Sequence record: OR352938.1
DNA from: Escherichia phage AV108
Strand: one strand, 5' to 3'
Length of the DNA: 64,000 nt
The position numbers and the translations under genes are program-made. Below, piece after piece: positions 10,220-19,601 of this stretch (positions within the stretch are counted from its first letter, which is position 1; each line of letters opens with the position of its first letter). The notes beneath the pieces are model-generated. The model ran no database searches, had not been told where the DNA came from, and saw only the letters and a program-made list of their open reading frames with translations.

Positions 10220-10453
10220 TTATTTTACCTCTGGGATATAATCAATTATTAAAGAAAATTCATCTTCTGATACATTATAGCTATGTGAGATTGTACCCGT
10301 CAAGACCTCAAGATCCGGTGATTTGATATTGCACGGATCGATAATCACCGGAACGCCGCAATCTCTCAAAAATAATTTGGCGAAATACGGCACGAGGTCA
10401 GTTTCAAACTCTGCTTCTTCCAGCAAACGGGAAATGTTAATTTTCAATCTCAT
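10220..10453 (-). CDS. Hypothetical protein (77 aa)
   Basis: Track ORF immediately downstream of gene 55. Confidence 0.4.
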   Translation of the reverse strand: MRLKINISRLLEEAEFETDLVPYFAKLFLRDCGVPVIIDPCNIKSPDLEVLTGTISHSYNVSEDEFSLIIDYIPEVK

Positions 10454-10970
10454 AAAATTGGTCCAGGCTAGGCAATTCCTCGGTCAATACATCTTCAACC
10501 TTTGGCGCTTTCGGTTTATTGACCGATTCCTCGTAGTTGTTGATTTTATCGTAAATGTCCTGTATGAATGCCTCATCAGCAATCTGGCACATATCAGCGT
10601 CGCGTTCGTCATATACATGATGCACAAAATATTTGTATTTTGCGGCTGTCGCTGTTCTCTCTTTTTTAATGCGCTGTACAAAAGCATTAAAGCACGCTTG
10701 CGTGATGTAAGCATGAGGATTTTTATACTTTGTCTCGTCAAAATTAATCAAACCCTTGACCGCCGCTTCGATTCCGTCGTCGATCATTTCTTCGCGCCAT
10801 GTTTGACTATAACCAGAAAAGTTAAAACGACGTGATAGATTTTTAGAGATTTGCATAATTGCTAGGCCGATTTGATCGCTCATTGGAACTTGCCGACCTT
10901 CTGCTGCAATTTGTTGTTTCCAACGGCAAATTTCTTCGTAAAGCTCTTTATTGTTTACATAATCAGACAC
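10437..10970 (-). CDS. 55: Late-transcription sigma factor gp55
   Basis: YVNNKEL...GLAIM...RFNFSGY...[27 protein letters not shown]...FIQDIYDK colinear with T4 gp55; GTG start with GAGGGTG RBS. Confidence 0.85.
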   Translation of the reverse strand: MSDYVNNKELYEEICRWKQQIAAEGRQVPMSDQIGLAIMQISKNLSRRFNFSGYSQTWREEMIDDGIEAAVKGLINFDETKYKNPHAYITQACFNAFVQRIKKERTATAAKYKYFVHHVYDERDADMCQIADEAFIQDIYDKINNYEESVNKPKAPKVEDVLTEELPSLDQFYEIEN

Positions 10971-11010
10971 TTCGCACCCTCGCTATTATTTAGGAAATAA
11001 CCCGTTCGGG

Positions 11011-12480
11011 CTATTCCCCATTACCATTATACTTTCTTTGCTTAGTTATCCACACTCTAACCATCTCTACAGATTCGCCGTCAGACGGATCAAGAGTTTT
11101 TCCTTTTTTCTTCATGCGGTACTTAAATCCGTTAAATCTTGCATTCTCTTGCTCGTTAAAGTCGAACATCTTTTTAAATGATTTTCGCCCTTTACGCTCA
11201 CCGCATTCTAGCGGAATCATTCGGTCTGTTATTACATTGGCATTAGGCAGAAACGTTTTTAGATAATCAACCAACGCCCAATCAGGAACATATAGATTAA
11301 CATTCTCCTTGCTCTCGTTGTCTCTCAGGTTACAACGCAAACATAATTGAAATGCTGGTTCCAGATAATCAGACACATGACGCGCTTTCAAAAACTCGTT
11401 TGTCGGGAGATCGCAACTATTAGCAAGACCTTTTAAAATATCAATCTCCCATCGTTGAGGGTTAAAGCTGAACATCACAGCAACATTTTTATGATGAATG
11501 TAAGAGTTAAGACCATAAGATCCGTAAGGTATCCGCTCACCAATACCATTTGTGCACGCTTCACGGTCCCGATTCACGGTATAAATGAAGTCATCACCAC
11601 ATTCATTTTTAACCATATCAACAAGACGTTCAAAGGTATTGTTTGTTTCTGACTGGTGACGCGACCATCGTTCGGAGTCCGTCATAAGGATGATATTAAC
11701 TCTATCTGTATTTTTATACTCTTTGAAATATAGTCTGGATTCTAGCGCACTAGGAACAAAATCGCAATTTGCATAGTATCGTAGATACTTCCCACTATAT
11801 GTATCAAAGAGATTTGCACATGCTATCGTAACCTTTTTAAAGTCTCCCCACGTACCGTGTTTGTTATCGTTCAAGAAAACAATTTTCGACCCATTCTTCC
11901 GGTGTCCTTCGTTATGTTTTACCATAACGTTGATTTTCTTCTCTAATAACGCCTCATAAAGCCCTCTAAGAGAAGAATCGATCATATCAGTACCATCCTT
12001 TGCACTTTCTATCTTTTCTTTGATAGCGGCCTTCTCAGAGTCTTTTAGAACTAAGTTCTGTAGGCATTCCGATTCGTCGGCGATTGGTTCGCAATGCTTC
12101 GTGATAAGTTCAAGATTAGACTTAAACGGATACTCATTAAATTCAACCAGTTGAGGAACTTCATCAATGTAAAGAGCATATTCACCAAACATTTTTGAAC
12201 GTTCCATATTAGATAACGCTGTATGTGTAATGAATATCACATCAGCACCATCTTTAACTGATTGCATTATAGACGCTTGCACTGTCTTAAGGCTTCTTAG
12301 TCTTGTGCTATCAATCAAGACAGCACGACCGCCCATTCTTTTAAACTTATTGTAAGATTGTTCACTTAAAACACGAGATGGCGAAGCAATAACCGCTTTT
12401 TCTTTTGTCTCTAGGACGTGGGAAAGTATAGCATCAGTTTTCCCCGCCGCTGGCAATGCGATTAATGTTTCAATCTTCAT
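11011..12480 (-). CDS. P-loop NTPase of unknown function (489 aa)
   Basis: Walker A ALPAAGKTDA near N-terminus, Walker B-like LYIDEVP; sits where T4 carries alpha-gt/47-55 accessory genes; not similar to T4 alpha-gt as remembered. Confidence 0.5.
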   Translation of the reverse strand: MKIETLIALPAAGKTDAILSHVLETKEKAVIASPSRVLSEQSYNKFKRMGGRAVLIDSTRLRSLKTVQASIMQSVKDGADVIFITHTALSNMERSKMFGEYALYIDEVPQLVEFNEYPFKSNLELITKHCEPIADESECLQNLVLKDSEKAAIKEKIESAKDGTDMIDSSLRGLYEALLEKKINVMVKHNEGHRKNGSKIVFLNDNKHGTWGDFKKVTIACANLFDTYSGKYLRYYANCDFVPSALESRLYFKEYKNTDRVNIILMTDSERWSRHQSETNNTFERLVDMVKNECGDDFIYTVNRDREACTNGIGERIPYGSYGLNSYIHHKNVAVMFSFNPQRWEIDILKGLANSCDLPTNEFLKARHVSDYLEPAFQLCLRCNLRDNESKENVNLYVPDWALVDYLKTFLPNANVITDRMIPLECGERKGRKSFKKMFDFNEQENARFNGFKYRMKKKGKTLDPSDGESVEMVRVWITKQRKYNGNGE

Positions 12481-12785
12481 TAGAAACCCTTACGTCGTGC
12501 TTTCTGGCATTTCTTGATCATTTTATCAGAAATTTCGCGCTTAGGTGCAATCTCTTTCACACCGAAAGCACTAATGCCAAATTCAGAGAGAATATATTCA
12601 ACCAACAATTCACGCACACGCGCTTTACCGATATTCACGCCGTTATTTTTCAGATATGTCTGACCTTCGACTTGCATCAGATCTAAGTCTGCGTCGGTAA
12701 TATTGATTTCTTCCATGCGCCCAAATCGAGAATAAACCATGTGTGCGATTGCATTGTGTACTAACATAATATATTCCTCACTCAA
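12480..12785 (-). CDS. Hypothetical protein (101 aa)
   Basis: Track ORF, ATGA-type coupling to upstream gene. Confidence 0.45.
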   Translation of the reverse strand: MSEEYIMLVHNAIAHMVYSRFGRMEEINITDADLDLMQVEGQTYLKNNGVNIGKARVRELLVEYILSEFGISAFGVKEIAPKREISDKMIKKCQKARRKGF

Positions 12786-12788
12786 GAA

Positions 12789-12947
12789 TTACTTAATGAT
12801 ACTTACTTTACCAGATCCGTGACAATGAGCGCAACACCCATCACCACGCAATCCTGTTCCGTTACAGTGTTTACACTTCTTCAAAGGTAAAGCCATTATA
12901 GCAAATAAAGCAATAATGAATACCGAAACTAAATTCTCAATAATCAT
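12789..12947 (-). CDS. Small membrane-anchored DnaJ-type zinc-finger protein (~52 aa; coordinates approximate)
   Basis: Hand-translated: MIIENLVSVFIIALFAIMALPLKKCKHCNGTGLRGDGCCAHCHGSGKVSIIK; hydrophobic N-terminus plus two CxxCxGxG repeats; below track size cutoff. Confidence 0.4.
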   Translation of the reverse strand: MIIENLVSVFIIALFAIMALPLKKCKHCNGTGLRGDGCCAHCHGSGKVSIIK

Positions 12948-13206
12948 AAATCGCCCTCAGTTCTTTATAGCCTCCAATGTGCTCGTTGTCAATGAATATC
13001 TGGGGGTATACAAACCGGAGGCTCTTTGAGTTCAGCCTCCCCGCCAGTTCTTCAATCATATCACGGTCGGGAATAATGTCAACCCCGACCTGCTTGAATA
13101 CTGGTTTAAGTGTATACGGAATACCCAGATCATCCAGTAGCTTCATTGCACTAATACAACCATAACAATGATAAGCCTCTTTCGGTATGCCGTATATCTC
13201 GATCAT
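12937..13206 (-). CDS. Glutaredoxin/NrdH-like redoxin (thioredoxin fold)
   Basis: 89 aa, CYGC active-site motif near N-terminus and C-terminal GGY motif typical of small redoxins. Confidence 0.6.
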   Translation of the reverse strand: MIEIYGIPKEAYHCYGCISAMKLLDDLGIPYTLKPVFKQVGVDIIPDRDMIEELAGRLNSKSLRFVYPQIFIDNEHIGGYKELRAIYDY

Positions 13207-13679
13207 TTCTCAGCCTTTAATCTTTCTAGTTCTTCTTCCAGTTCCTTGATCCGTTGGTCACGTTCAAAGTCACGCTGCAACTTAGTGGCAAATACTCGTT
13301 TAAACTGTTTGTAATCATCGATTTTAAACACTTCTTCTTCGCCATAGCGACGCACAGAAACTTCGTAGTTATTGAAGAATTGTTGCATCATTGCTTCGGA
13401 TGATAGTTCTGCTGATACCACTTTAAAATATTGATCTTCGGTCGGTGAAAACCAATTACAAGCATAAAGATAAACCTTTTCATTGTCTGGACACTGGTAA
13501 GCCTTACCATCGATTTCAATCACAGAAACATATTCAGGTATAGTCGATGAATCAATAGCTAAGACTTTAAACTGACGGTCCCCGATAAACTCGGAGATCA
13601 CACGATTCGCATCACTGGTTGCAAAGGCTTTACGCGCTTGTTCGCTTTTCCACTGATAGGTCATACCAACAACAAACAT
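13203..13679 (-). CDS. Paralog family protein (member A)
   Basis: Shares TYxWKSEQA-KAF and IEIDGK..(W/Y)F...ER.YF core with 7 other ORFs in window; C-terminal coiled coil; start at internal ATG with GAGG RBS. Confidence 0.55.
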   Translation of the reverse strand: MFVVGMTYQWKSEQARKAFATSDANRVISEFIGDRQFKVLAIDSSTIPEYVSVIEIDGKAYQCPDNEKVYLYACNWFSPTEDQYFKVVSAELSSEAMMQQFFNNYEVSVRRYGEEEVFKIDDYKQFKRVFATKLQRDFERDQRIKELEEELERLKAEK

Positions 13680-13680
13680 A

Positions 13681-14214
13681 TTACCAACCTCGCTCTTTAC
13701 CAATCAAAAATTCAACTTCACGACGTTTAATATCTTCTTGAAGGTCTTTAATCTTCTGTCGATCTTGCATGATTTCATCCATCTTGTCAAGTGCTGCAAT
13801 GAAATCATCGAAACGTTCAAAGGTTTTACCTTCATTTGCTTCGCTAAATTTAACCATAGTCAGACCGTAACGACTACTAAACAGACGTTTCAACTGTCCA
13901 ACGATCTTAGAATCAGTGGTTATAACTTCCAATTCTTCTACTTCTTGAAAGAATTTTCTATCAGAATCAATAAACCAGCTAGTTCCTTTATGGTTGCTAT
14001 CTTCGGTTGCACTCATTAGAGTATGGTCTTTACCATCAATTTCAATTACATCAATTTGCCCACATGGACTAACCTTTTTAACAGTAAAAGGTCTATAATT
14101 TATTGCTCGTGCAATAACATAATTAAGGTTAGATACGTTTTCAGCATAATGGCAGAAGTCGGTCATAGCATTCGCATCTTTCCAGGTGTAAGTTTTACCA
14201 ATTTCCCATTTCAT
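13681..14214 (-). CDS. Paralog family protein (member B)
   Basis: MKWEIGKTYTWKD N-terminus and IEIDGK core shared with neighbours. Confidence 0.55.
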   Translation of the reverse strand: MKWEIGKTYTWKDANAMTDFCHYAENVSNLNYVIARAINYRPFTVKKVSPCGQIDVIEIDGKDHTLMSATEDSNHKGTSWFIDSDRKFFQEVEELEVITTDSKIVGQLKRLFSSRYGLTMVKFSEANEGKTFERFDDFIAALDKMDEIMQDRQKIKDLQEDIKRREVEFLIGKERGW

Positions 14215-14226
14215 AATATATTCCCC

Positions 14227-14691
14227 TTAACCGATTTTATCAAGTTCGTTTAATGCTTTCTCTGCTTCCTGTATAGCTTGCACCCTTTCCGGCATTTTGT
14301 CAAGAAAATCTTTCAACTCTTCAAAACTGGAGATATGACGCAAGGCGTTAGCACCGATAGCCGCATGTGATTTGCATTCAAAGCGGATTTTATAATTATC
14401 CATCGCCAACTTGAGAAGATCAATTAATTTAGATTCTTCTGGAATAATAATTTCTTCAAATCTGCTACGGTCATGATCCAGAAACCAACAAGATAGACCT
14501 ACATCGGTTGAACTCATATAAGTTCCATCATGAAGATAAACAGACCGCACGTATCCTTTTTTCGCATCAACCGACGCAACTTTAAACGGTAATCGCAGAT
14601 ATTTCAAATAATCAACATCATACCATTTAAAAAATTGGTTTGCATCTTTTACATCTTTCCACGCATAGGTCTTACCAGCTTCCCATTTCAT
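14227..14691 (-). CDS. Paralog family protein (member C)
   Basis: MKWEAGKTYAWKD N-terminus (start at internal ATG); same family. Confidence 0.55.
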   Translation of the reverse strand: MKWEAGKTYAWKDVKDANQFFKWYDVDYLKYLRLPFKVASVDAKKGYVRSVYLHDGTYMSSTDVGLSCWFLDHDRSRFEEIIIPEESKLIDLLKLAMDNYKIRFECKSHAAIGANALRHISSFEELKDFLDKMPERVQAIQEAEKALNELDKIG

Positions 14692-14695
14692 AATA

Positions 14696-15223
14696 TCATC
14701 TCTCATTTTTGATACGTGATTCTAATTGGATCATACGGTCGCGCGTTTGTTTGTATTCTCGGATAGCACCGATCCGGCTAGGCATACCATCCAGTACGCT
14801 CTTAATACCTTCTAGGGTAGTAATTTTGGCAATGCTATTATGTAACCCCATCTTATCGATCAACTGAATGTCGTAGGCTTCCATAAGCAGACCCAAGCGT
14901 TCTAAAGTTAGGTCTTCTTCTTTTTCTTCCGAATCTGGAATCTTAGGTTCAATAGTAACTTCGGTAAAGAAACGACGCTCACCCGACCAAAACCACACGC
15001 CGGAACAACCAATAGGGGATTCTTTTAACGTCATAGAGTCGAAATTACTACCAATAATAGTAATTTCTCTAACATCACCATCATCGTCAAGGTCTTCTAC
15101 CCTAAACGGGCGACCAGCCAACAGGTCAACAATACATCTGTTAATAGACGACGAAAATTTAGTCAGTTCGGCTTTCGACGCTTCACATTCAATCTTGTAA
15201 GTTTTACCAACTTCCCATTCCAT
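14696..15223 (-). CDS. Paralog family protein (member D)
   Basis: MEWEVGKTYK N-terminus; same family. Confidence 0.55.
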   Translation of the reverse strand: MEWEVGKTYKIECEASKAELTKFSSSINRCIVDLLAGRPFRVEDLDDDGDVREITIIGSNFDSMTLKESPIGCSGVWFWSGERRFFTEVTIEPKIPDSEEKEEDLTLERLGLLMEAYDIQLIDKMGLHNSIAKITTLEGIKSVLDGMPSRIGAIREYKQTRDRMIQLESRIKNER

Positions 15224-15233
15224 AATAATCACC

Positions 15234-15737
15234 TCAAATAATTTTCACTGGAATACTATTAACAATCTTGTATTGTACTTGATTGTCAGACCCCCGCCAC
15301 GGCTTCTTCGTTGGCATATCTTTAATATAACGCCCATCGATGAACATGTCAACTGATTCTACAATTTTTCTTTGCTCATCATTCAATTGGTCAAGGGTAT
15401 AACCAGACCATAGCCAAATATCTTTATTTGGCATCCATGATTTTACTTCATCGATGATCCGCTGTACACCCTTTAAATTGCGTTTATACAGTGGATCACC
15501 ACCTAAGAATGTTAGCCCCTGAATAAAATCAGGTCTAAGCAGATCCAGAATCAATCCCATTGTATCATCGGTGAATGGTTCCCCGTTCTTAGGATTGAGT
15601 ATACTGGAATTAAAGCAACCATCACATGCGTGTGAACATCCGGTAACGTAAAGGGAGACTCTCACTCCCTCACCGTTAACCATATCACAATCTTTAATAT
15701 CGGCATAGCGTAGTTTGCCGTATGTATCAGAACTCAT
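15234..15737 (-). CDS. nrdG: Anaerobic ribonucleotide reductase activating protein NrdG (radical SAM)
   Basis: CSHACDGCFN radical-SAM cysteine cluster, GGDP motif; size ~T4 NrdG. Confidence 0.85.
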   Translation of the reverse strand: MSSDTYGKLRYADIKDCDMVNGEGVRVSLYVTGCSHACDGCFNSSILNPKNGEPFTDDTMGLILDLLRPDFIQGLTFLGGDPLYKRNLKGVQRIIDEVKSWMPNKDIWLWSGYTLDQLNDEQRKIVESVDMFIDGRYIKDMPTKKPWRGSDNQVQYKIVNSIPVKII

Positions 15738-15954
15738 ATTCAATTACCCCGAACTCGTTTACAATCTGCGCTTTATAGTAACCACCGCGAGATGCTAATA
15801 GATAAGCTGGGCTTAGGTATTCGTATTCACGGATTTCTACTTGTGCGTTTTCAGTTTCCCAAATCAGTAAAGTCCACATATTTGATTCTCCTGTAAAGTT
15901 GTATCTCGTCTTGATGAATATAGTATAGGGGATCTCGCGATCCCCGTCAAGCAT
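15727..15954 (-). CDS. Hypothetical protein (75 aa)
   Basis: Track ORF between nrdG and nrdD. Confidence 0.4.
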   Translation of the reverse strand: MLDGDREIPYTIFIKTRYNFTGESNMWTLLIWETENAQVEIREYEYLSPAYLLASRGGYYKAQIVNEFGVIEYEF

Positions 15955-16482
15955 TTATTTTAAATTTTTTCGAATGTAGTCAGACCATTCCTTCCCTGTC
16001 AGTTCGGTCCCATTCTGGAAACTGAAATATTCATACGGCATCGAGTCAAGATAAAACAGGATCATACATCGCGCCATATAATACCAATCACGATTAAAGT
16101 AAACTACGTTATCACCAGTACCATCAACCCCTTTATCATAACCATCGCGGGTACGGGCAACCCATTGAATAGTATCATTTTTCTCACGGATAGTAACAGG
16201 TTCCCAATATCCAGCACATCCAGCATGACCACACGAACAAGTAAGGAAATATTGTCCTTTTGCTTTGTTGTCATCCCATTCACGATGGATCGGTTTGATT
16301 TCGTGAAACATTGCCAAACAATCATGATTATGCAACACCGGCTTACCATCAATCAATGCATGGAATGTATACAAACGACCCGTAGACAAATAGCTATCCT
16401 CACGCTCAACCAGTTCAATAGCAATCTTTTTAGCTCGTTCTTTGTGTCGTTGTGCTTTACGCTTACGGTTTAATGATTTCAT
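15955..16482 (-). CDS. Hypothetical protein (~175 aa)
   Basis: Track ORF; start at MKSLNRKRK with GAGGTG RBS; Cys/His-containing. Confidence 0.45.
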   Translation of the reverse strand: MKSLNRKRKAQRHKERAKKIAIELVEREDSYLSTGRLYTFHALIDGKPVLHNHDCLAMFHEIKPIHREWDDNKAKGQYFLTCSCGHAGCAGYWEPVTIREKNDTIQWVARTRDGYDKGVDGTGDNVVYFNRDWYYMARCMILFYLDSMPYEYFSFQNGTELTGKEWSDYIRKNLK

Positions 16483-16499
16483 ATTCACCTCACACATTA

Positions 16500-17039
16500 T
16501 CAAAGGTCGCGATATAGTACATTATGAAAATGAGAACTTGCATTACCAATATTGTAGATAATAAATTCTTCATCCGGCGCTTGCGCTACAAATTGAGTAT
16601 GAGCAACCGCCACAACCTTAAAAATACGATCCGTGATCTTGTGTTTAATTTCTGCCCCTACTTCCATAGGAACATATTCATTTGTTTCTGTTTCAGTCGC
16701 AAAACAGCCATCTTCTTCATAAGCACGAACAAATCTGTCGCAATCAGTACGCTTAACAAATTCAAGAGTATATAATTCTCGTGAATTGTCGGTATAGACC
16801 AATACAGAATTATTATGATAGCGAATCACATACAGGTTATTATCATCGTCAATTACGCAAAAGCTACGGATTCCTTCGCCTTGACTCCAGCAGATATTAA
16901 CCACCGTTCCTCTAATAAAAAAACTTTCCTTTAAATTAAAACTAGTCAATGTGCTAGCGTGCATTTTAACAACAACACCATCGCCAATTTCCAGTTTACG
17001 AATTTTAACTTCTTTGCTCAGTACACAAAACATCATCAT
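16500..17039 (-). CDS. Hypothetical protein (179 aa)
   Basis: Track ORF directly after an early promoter cassette. Confidence 0.5.
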   Translation of the reverse strand: MMMFCVLSKEVKIRKLEIGDGVVVKMHASTLTSFNLKESFFIRGTVVNICWSQGEGIRSFCVIDDDNNLYVIRYHNNSVLVYTDNSRELYTLEFVKRTDCDRFVRAYEEDGCFATETETNEYVPMEVGAEIKHKITDRIFKVVAVAHTQFVAQAPDEEFIIYNIGNASSHFHNVLYRDL

Positions 17040-17068
17040 GTTGTCCTCTCGTTGTTTTCGATGTGAGC

Positions 17069-17096
17069 ATTATACATTAGCTAATCATGTTGTCAA
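17069..17096 (-). promoter_or_regulatory. sigma70-type early promoter (TTGACA-N16-TATAAT)
   Basis: Minus-strand TTGACA aacatgattagctaatg TATAAT then leader CATCGAAAACAACGAGAGGA before ATG. Confidence 0.5.
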
Positions 17097-17139
17097 CACC
17101 CCAAAACGAAAAAGCCGACCCTTTCGGATCGGCTAAAAA

Positions 17140-19002
17140 TTACATGTGCTTAACGCGGTTTACCATCTCGGAGTGTTTCCCGTGGTTAAATGGACGCAGA
17201 TCAACAGATCCAAGATATCCACTAACGCGACGGATAACATTCATCTTTTCCAGATTGTCGTTGCCGCAATCAGGACAAACAAAACCAGACTCGGTCGCTC
17301 TCATTTCCTTATTAGACCCGCATACATGACATACATCAGAAGGAGTATTAACACCGAAGTAGTGCAATTTATCCATTGCATAGTCTACTACAGTTTCAAG
17401 ACCTTTCAGGTTGTTTTTCATGTCTGGGAACTCAACATAAGAGATCATGCCACCGGACGCCAGCCAGTGATAATCTTTCTCAAAGTCAATTTTCTCAAAC
17501 GGTGTAACCTTCCGGTCTACGTCAAGGTGGAATGAGTTGGTGTACCAGTCTTTATCGGTAGCACCCTTAACAATACCAAATTGCTCTCTGTCCAGTCGAT
17601 TAAATCGATAGCAAAGGCTCTCGGCTGGCGTACCGTAAAGACTAAACCCAAGTCCGGTTTCGTCCTTCCATTTTTCAGTATAATGACGCAAGATCTTAAG
17701 AATATGTTTACCGTATCGCTGCGCATCTTCCGAATCAAACGGATGAACATCAAACAGGACGCTCAATACCTCATGTAAACCAATATATCCAAGAGAGATA
17801 CTAGCGCGACCATCTTTCAACACTTCCAAAATTTCATCGTTTTGATGAATACGGAAAAATGCACCTTCGGTATATAGTACAGGAGCAACATTGGCTTTAG
17901 CGCCTTTTAAAGCGTCTACGCGACTCATGAGCGCATCAAAACAAATAGGCATACGATTAGCTAGCTCTTGTTCGAATAGCTCAATTCTGCGCATTACAGA
18001 CGCTTTACCAGCACGACGCGCGGCAATAAGAGCAATACGCGGAAGATTCAGAGTCACAACACCCAAGTTATTACGTCCGTCTAATACTTCTTCGCCTTTC
18101 TCATTATGCCATACACCCAGGAAGCTACGACAACCCATCGGGCTAACCGGAACACTAGATCCAGTGATGCTACGGTTATTCTTCGCAGAGATATAATCAG
18201 GGTAAAGACGCTTACTAGAACATTCCAATGCAAGTTGCTTAATGTCGTAGTTCGGATCTTCCGGTTTAAGGTTTAATCCTTCTTCTAAGAACATCACCAG
18301 CTTAGGAAACACCGGAGTTATACCGTCTTTACCTAAACCTTTAGTTCGAACTTTCAGGATCGCTTTCTGAATCAGTTTTTCTTCCCAGCTAGTACCCATA
18401 CCAAAGGTTAAAGTCACAAAAGGCGTTTGACCGTTGGTGGAGAACAAAGTGTTGATTTCATATTCCAACGCTTGATACCCGTCTAGCGTTTCTTTTTCTG
18501 TCTTCTCTTGTGCATAGAGAGTATCAGCTTTGATTCCGTAGGTTTCGGCATCAGCAAGGTGTTTATGATATGTTTTCTCAACGTATGGCGCTAAAACCTG
18601 ATCGATGTTTGCAATTGTGGTCCCGCCATATTGATGACTTGCCACCTGTGCGATAATTTGAGCGGTTACAGCACAAGCAACGCCGATCGATTTCGGACTT
18701 TCGATTTGTGCGCTACCCAATTTAAAACCATTCTCTAACATGTCTTTGAGATTAACAAGACAGCAGTTAGTAAACGGCATAGCGGGTGCATAATCCATAT
18801 CATGATAATGAATATCACCGTCTACATGCGCTTTATAGATGTGCTCAGGTAACACGGTTTTAGCAATCTGTTTAGACACAGCGCCAGCAATCAGATCTCG
18901 ACGTGTCGGGAATGTTCGCGCGTCTTTGTTCGCGTTCTCTTTACTTACTTCGTTTTCTTTACCCGTTGCGATCTCTGTAATGTCTTTGATTAGTTTTTCC
19001 AT
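17140..19002 (-). CDS. nrdD: Anaerobic ribonucleoside-triphosphate reductase NrdD (glycyl radical enzyme)
   Basis: 620 aa; C-terminal zinc ribbon CHVCGS...CPDCG and glycyl radical motif RRVSGYLG; uninterrupted (no intron). Confidence 0.9.
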   Translation of the reverse strand: MEKLIKDITEIATGKENEVSKENANKDARTFPTRRDLIAGAVSKQIAKTVLPEHIYKAHVDGDIHYHDMDYAPAMPFTNCCLVNLKDMLENGFKLGSAQIESPKSIGVACAVTAQIIAQVASHQYGGTTIANIDQVLAPYVEKTYHKHLADAETYGIKADTLYAQEKTEKETLDGYQALEYEINTLFSTNGQTPFVTLTFGMGTSWEEKLIQKAILKVRTKGLGKDGITPVFPKLVMFLEEGLNLKPEDPNYDIKQLALECSSKRLYPDYISAKNNRSITGSSVPVSPMGCRSFLGVWHNEKGEEVLDGRNNLGVVTLNLPRIALIAARRAGKASVMRRIELFEQELANRMPICFDALMSRVDALKGAKANVAPVLYTEGAFFRIHQNDEILEVLKDGRASISLGYIGLHEVLSVLFDVHPFDSEDAQRYGKHILKILRHYTEKWKDETGLGFSLYGTPAESLCYRFNRLDREQFGIVKGATDKDWYTNSFHLDVDRKVTPFEKIDFEKDYHWLASGGMISYVEFPDMKNNLKGLETVVDYAMDKLHYFGVNTPSDVCHVCGSNKEMRATESGFVCPDCGNDNLEKMNVIRRVSGYLGSVDLRPFNHGKHSEMVNRVKHM

Positions 19003-19014
19003 TGTATCACCTAT

Positions 19015-19037
19015 GAAAAAGCGGGATTTTCTCCCGC
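19015..19037 (-). terminator. Hairpin plus U-run immediately upstream of the nrdD RBS
   Basis: Minus-strand GCGGGAGAAAATCCCGC followed by TTTTT, then AGGTGA RBS and nrdD ATG. Confidence 0.45.
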
Positions 19038-19048
19038 TCGTTGATAGT

Positions 19049-19543
19049 TTATTTTACCAGTTCTGCTAATTCTTTTTCTTTAGCTTCTAGTTCAGCTTTA
19101 AGCTGTTTAATCTCTTGTCGCTTCTTATTAGCGGCTTCTTGCTTACTATTTCGGATAACCTGATCTAGATACAACTCCCAATCCTGAATATTTTTGATAA
19201 TGTATCCGTCAACATTAATTGGTCGGAGATTCAGTACAGCTTCCAGTTTAGTCGCAAAAACTTTAATTGCTGGTGTGAAGTATTCATATTCGTTATCTTC
19301 AAACCAATAACCTAGACTTGCATTATCAATACGAAGACGAAGTTCAAGATCAAGGTCTTTATCTTCGGTGTAAAGATCTTTCACCTGACCCAGCGAACTA
19401 ACAACAACTTTAAAACGAATTTTATCTACACCACCAAACACATCAGTAAGTATATCAGCAATTGAGCTATTAGCGCAAGATTGGTCGCTGAATGCGTCAA
19501 GGTTTTCTTTAGTTACAGTATACCAAACATCTTGTACCCACAT
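19049..19543 (-). CDS. Paralog family protein (member E)
   Basis: IRFKVVVSSLG...YWFEDNEYEYF core plus C-terminal coiled coil. Confidence 0.5.
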   Translation of the reverse strand: MWVQDVWYTVTKENLDAFSDQSCANSSIADILTDVFGGVDKIRFKVVVSSLGQVKDLYTEDKDLDLELRLRIDNASLGYWFEDNEYEYFTPAIKVFATKLEAVLNLRPINVDGYIIKNIQDWELYLDQVIRNSKQEAANKKRQEIKQLKAELEAKEKELAELVK

Positions 19544-19573
19544 AATATAATCCTCTCGTTGTTAAGTGGGAGT

Positions 19574-19601
19574 ATTATAGCATACTCCCTTCGCATGTCA
19601 A
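19574..19601 (-). promoter_or_regulatory. sigma70-type early promoter with palindrome around -10
   Basis: TTGACA tgcgaagggagtatgc TATAAT; GGGAGTAT/ATACTCCC inverted repeat flanks the -10. Confidence 0.5.

Noticed and set aside
17140-19002. Group I intron or intein in nrdD, as in T4
   Set aside because: The reading frame is continuous for 620 codons with all conserved C-terminal motifs in place.
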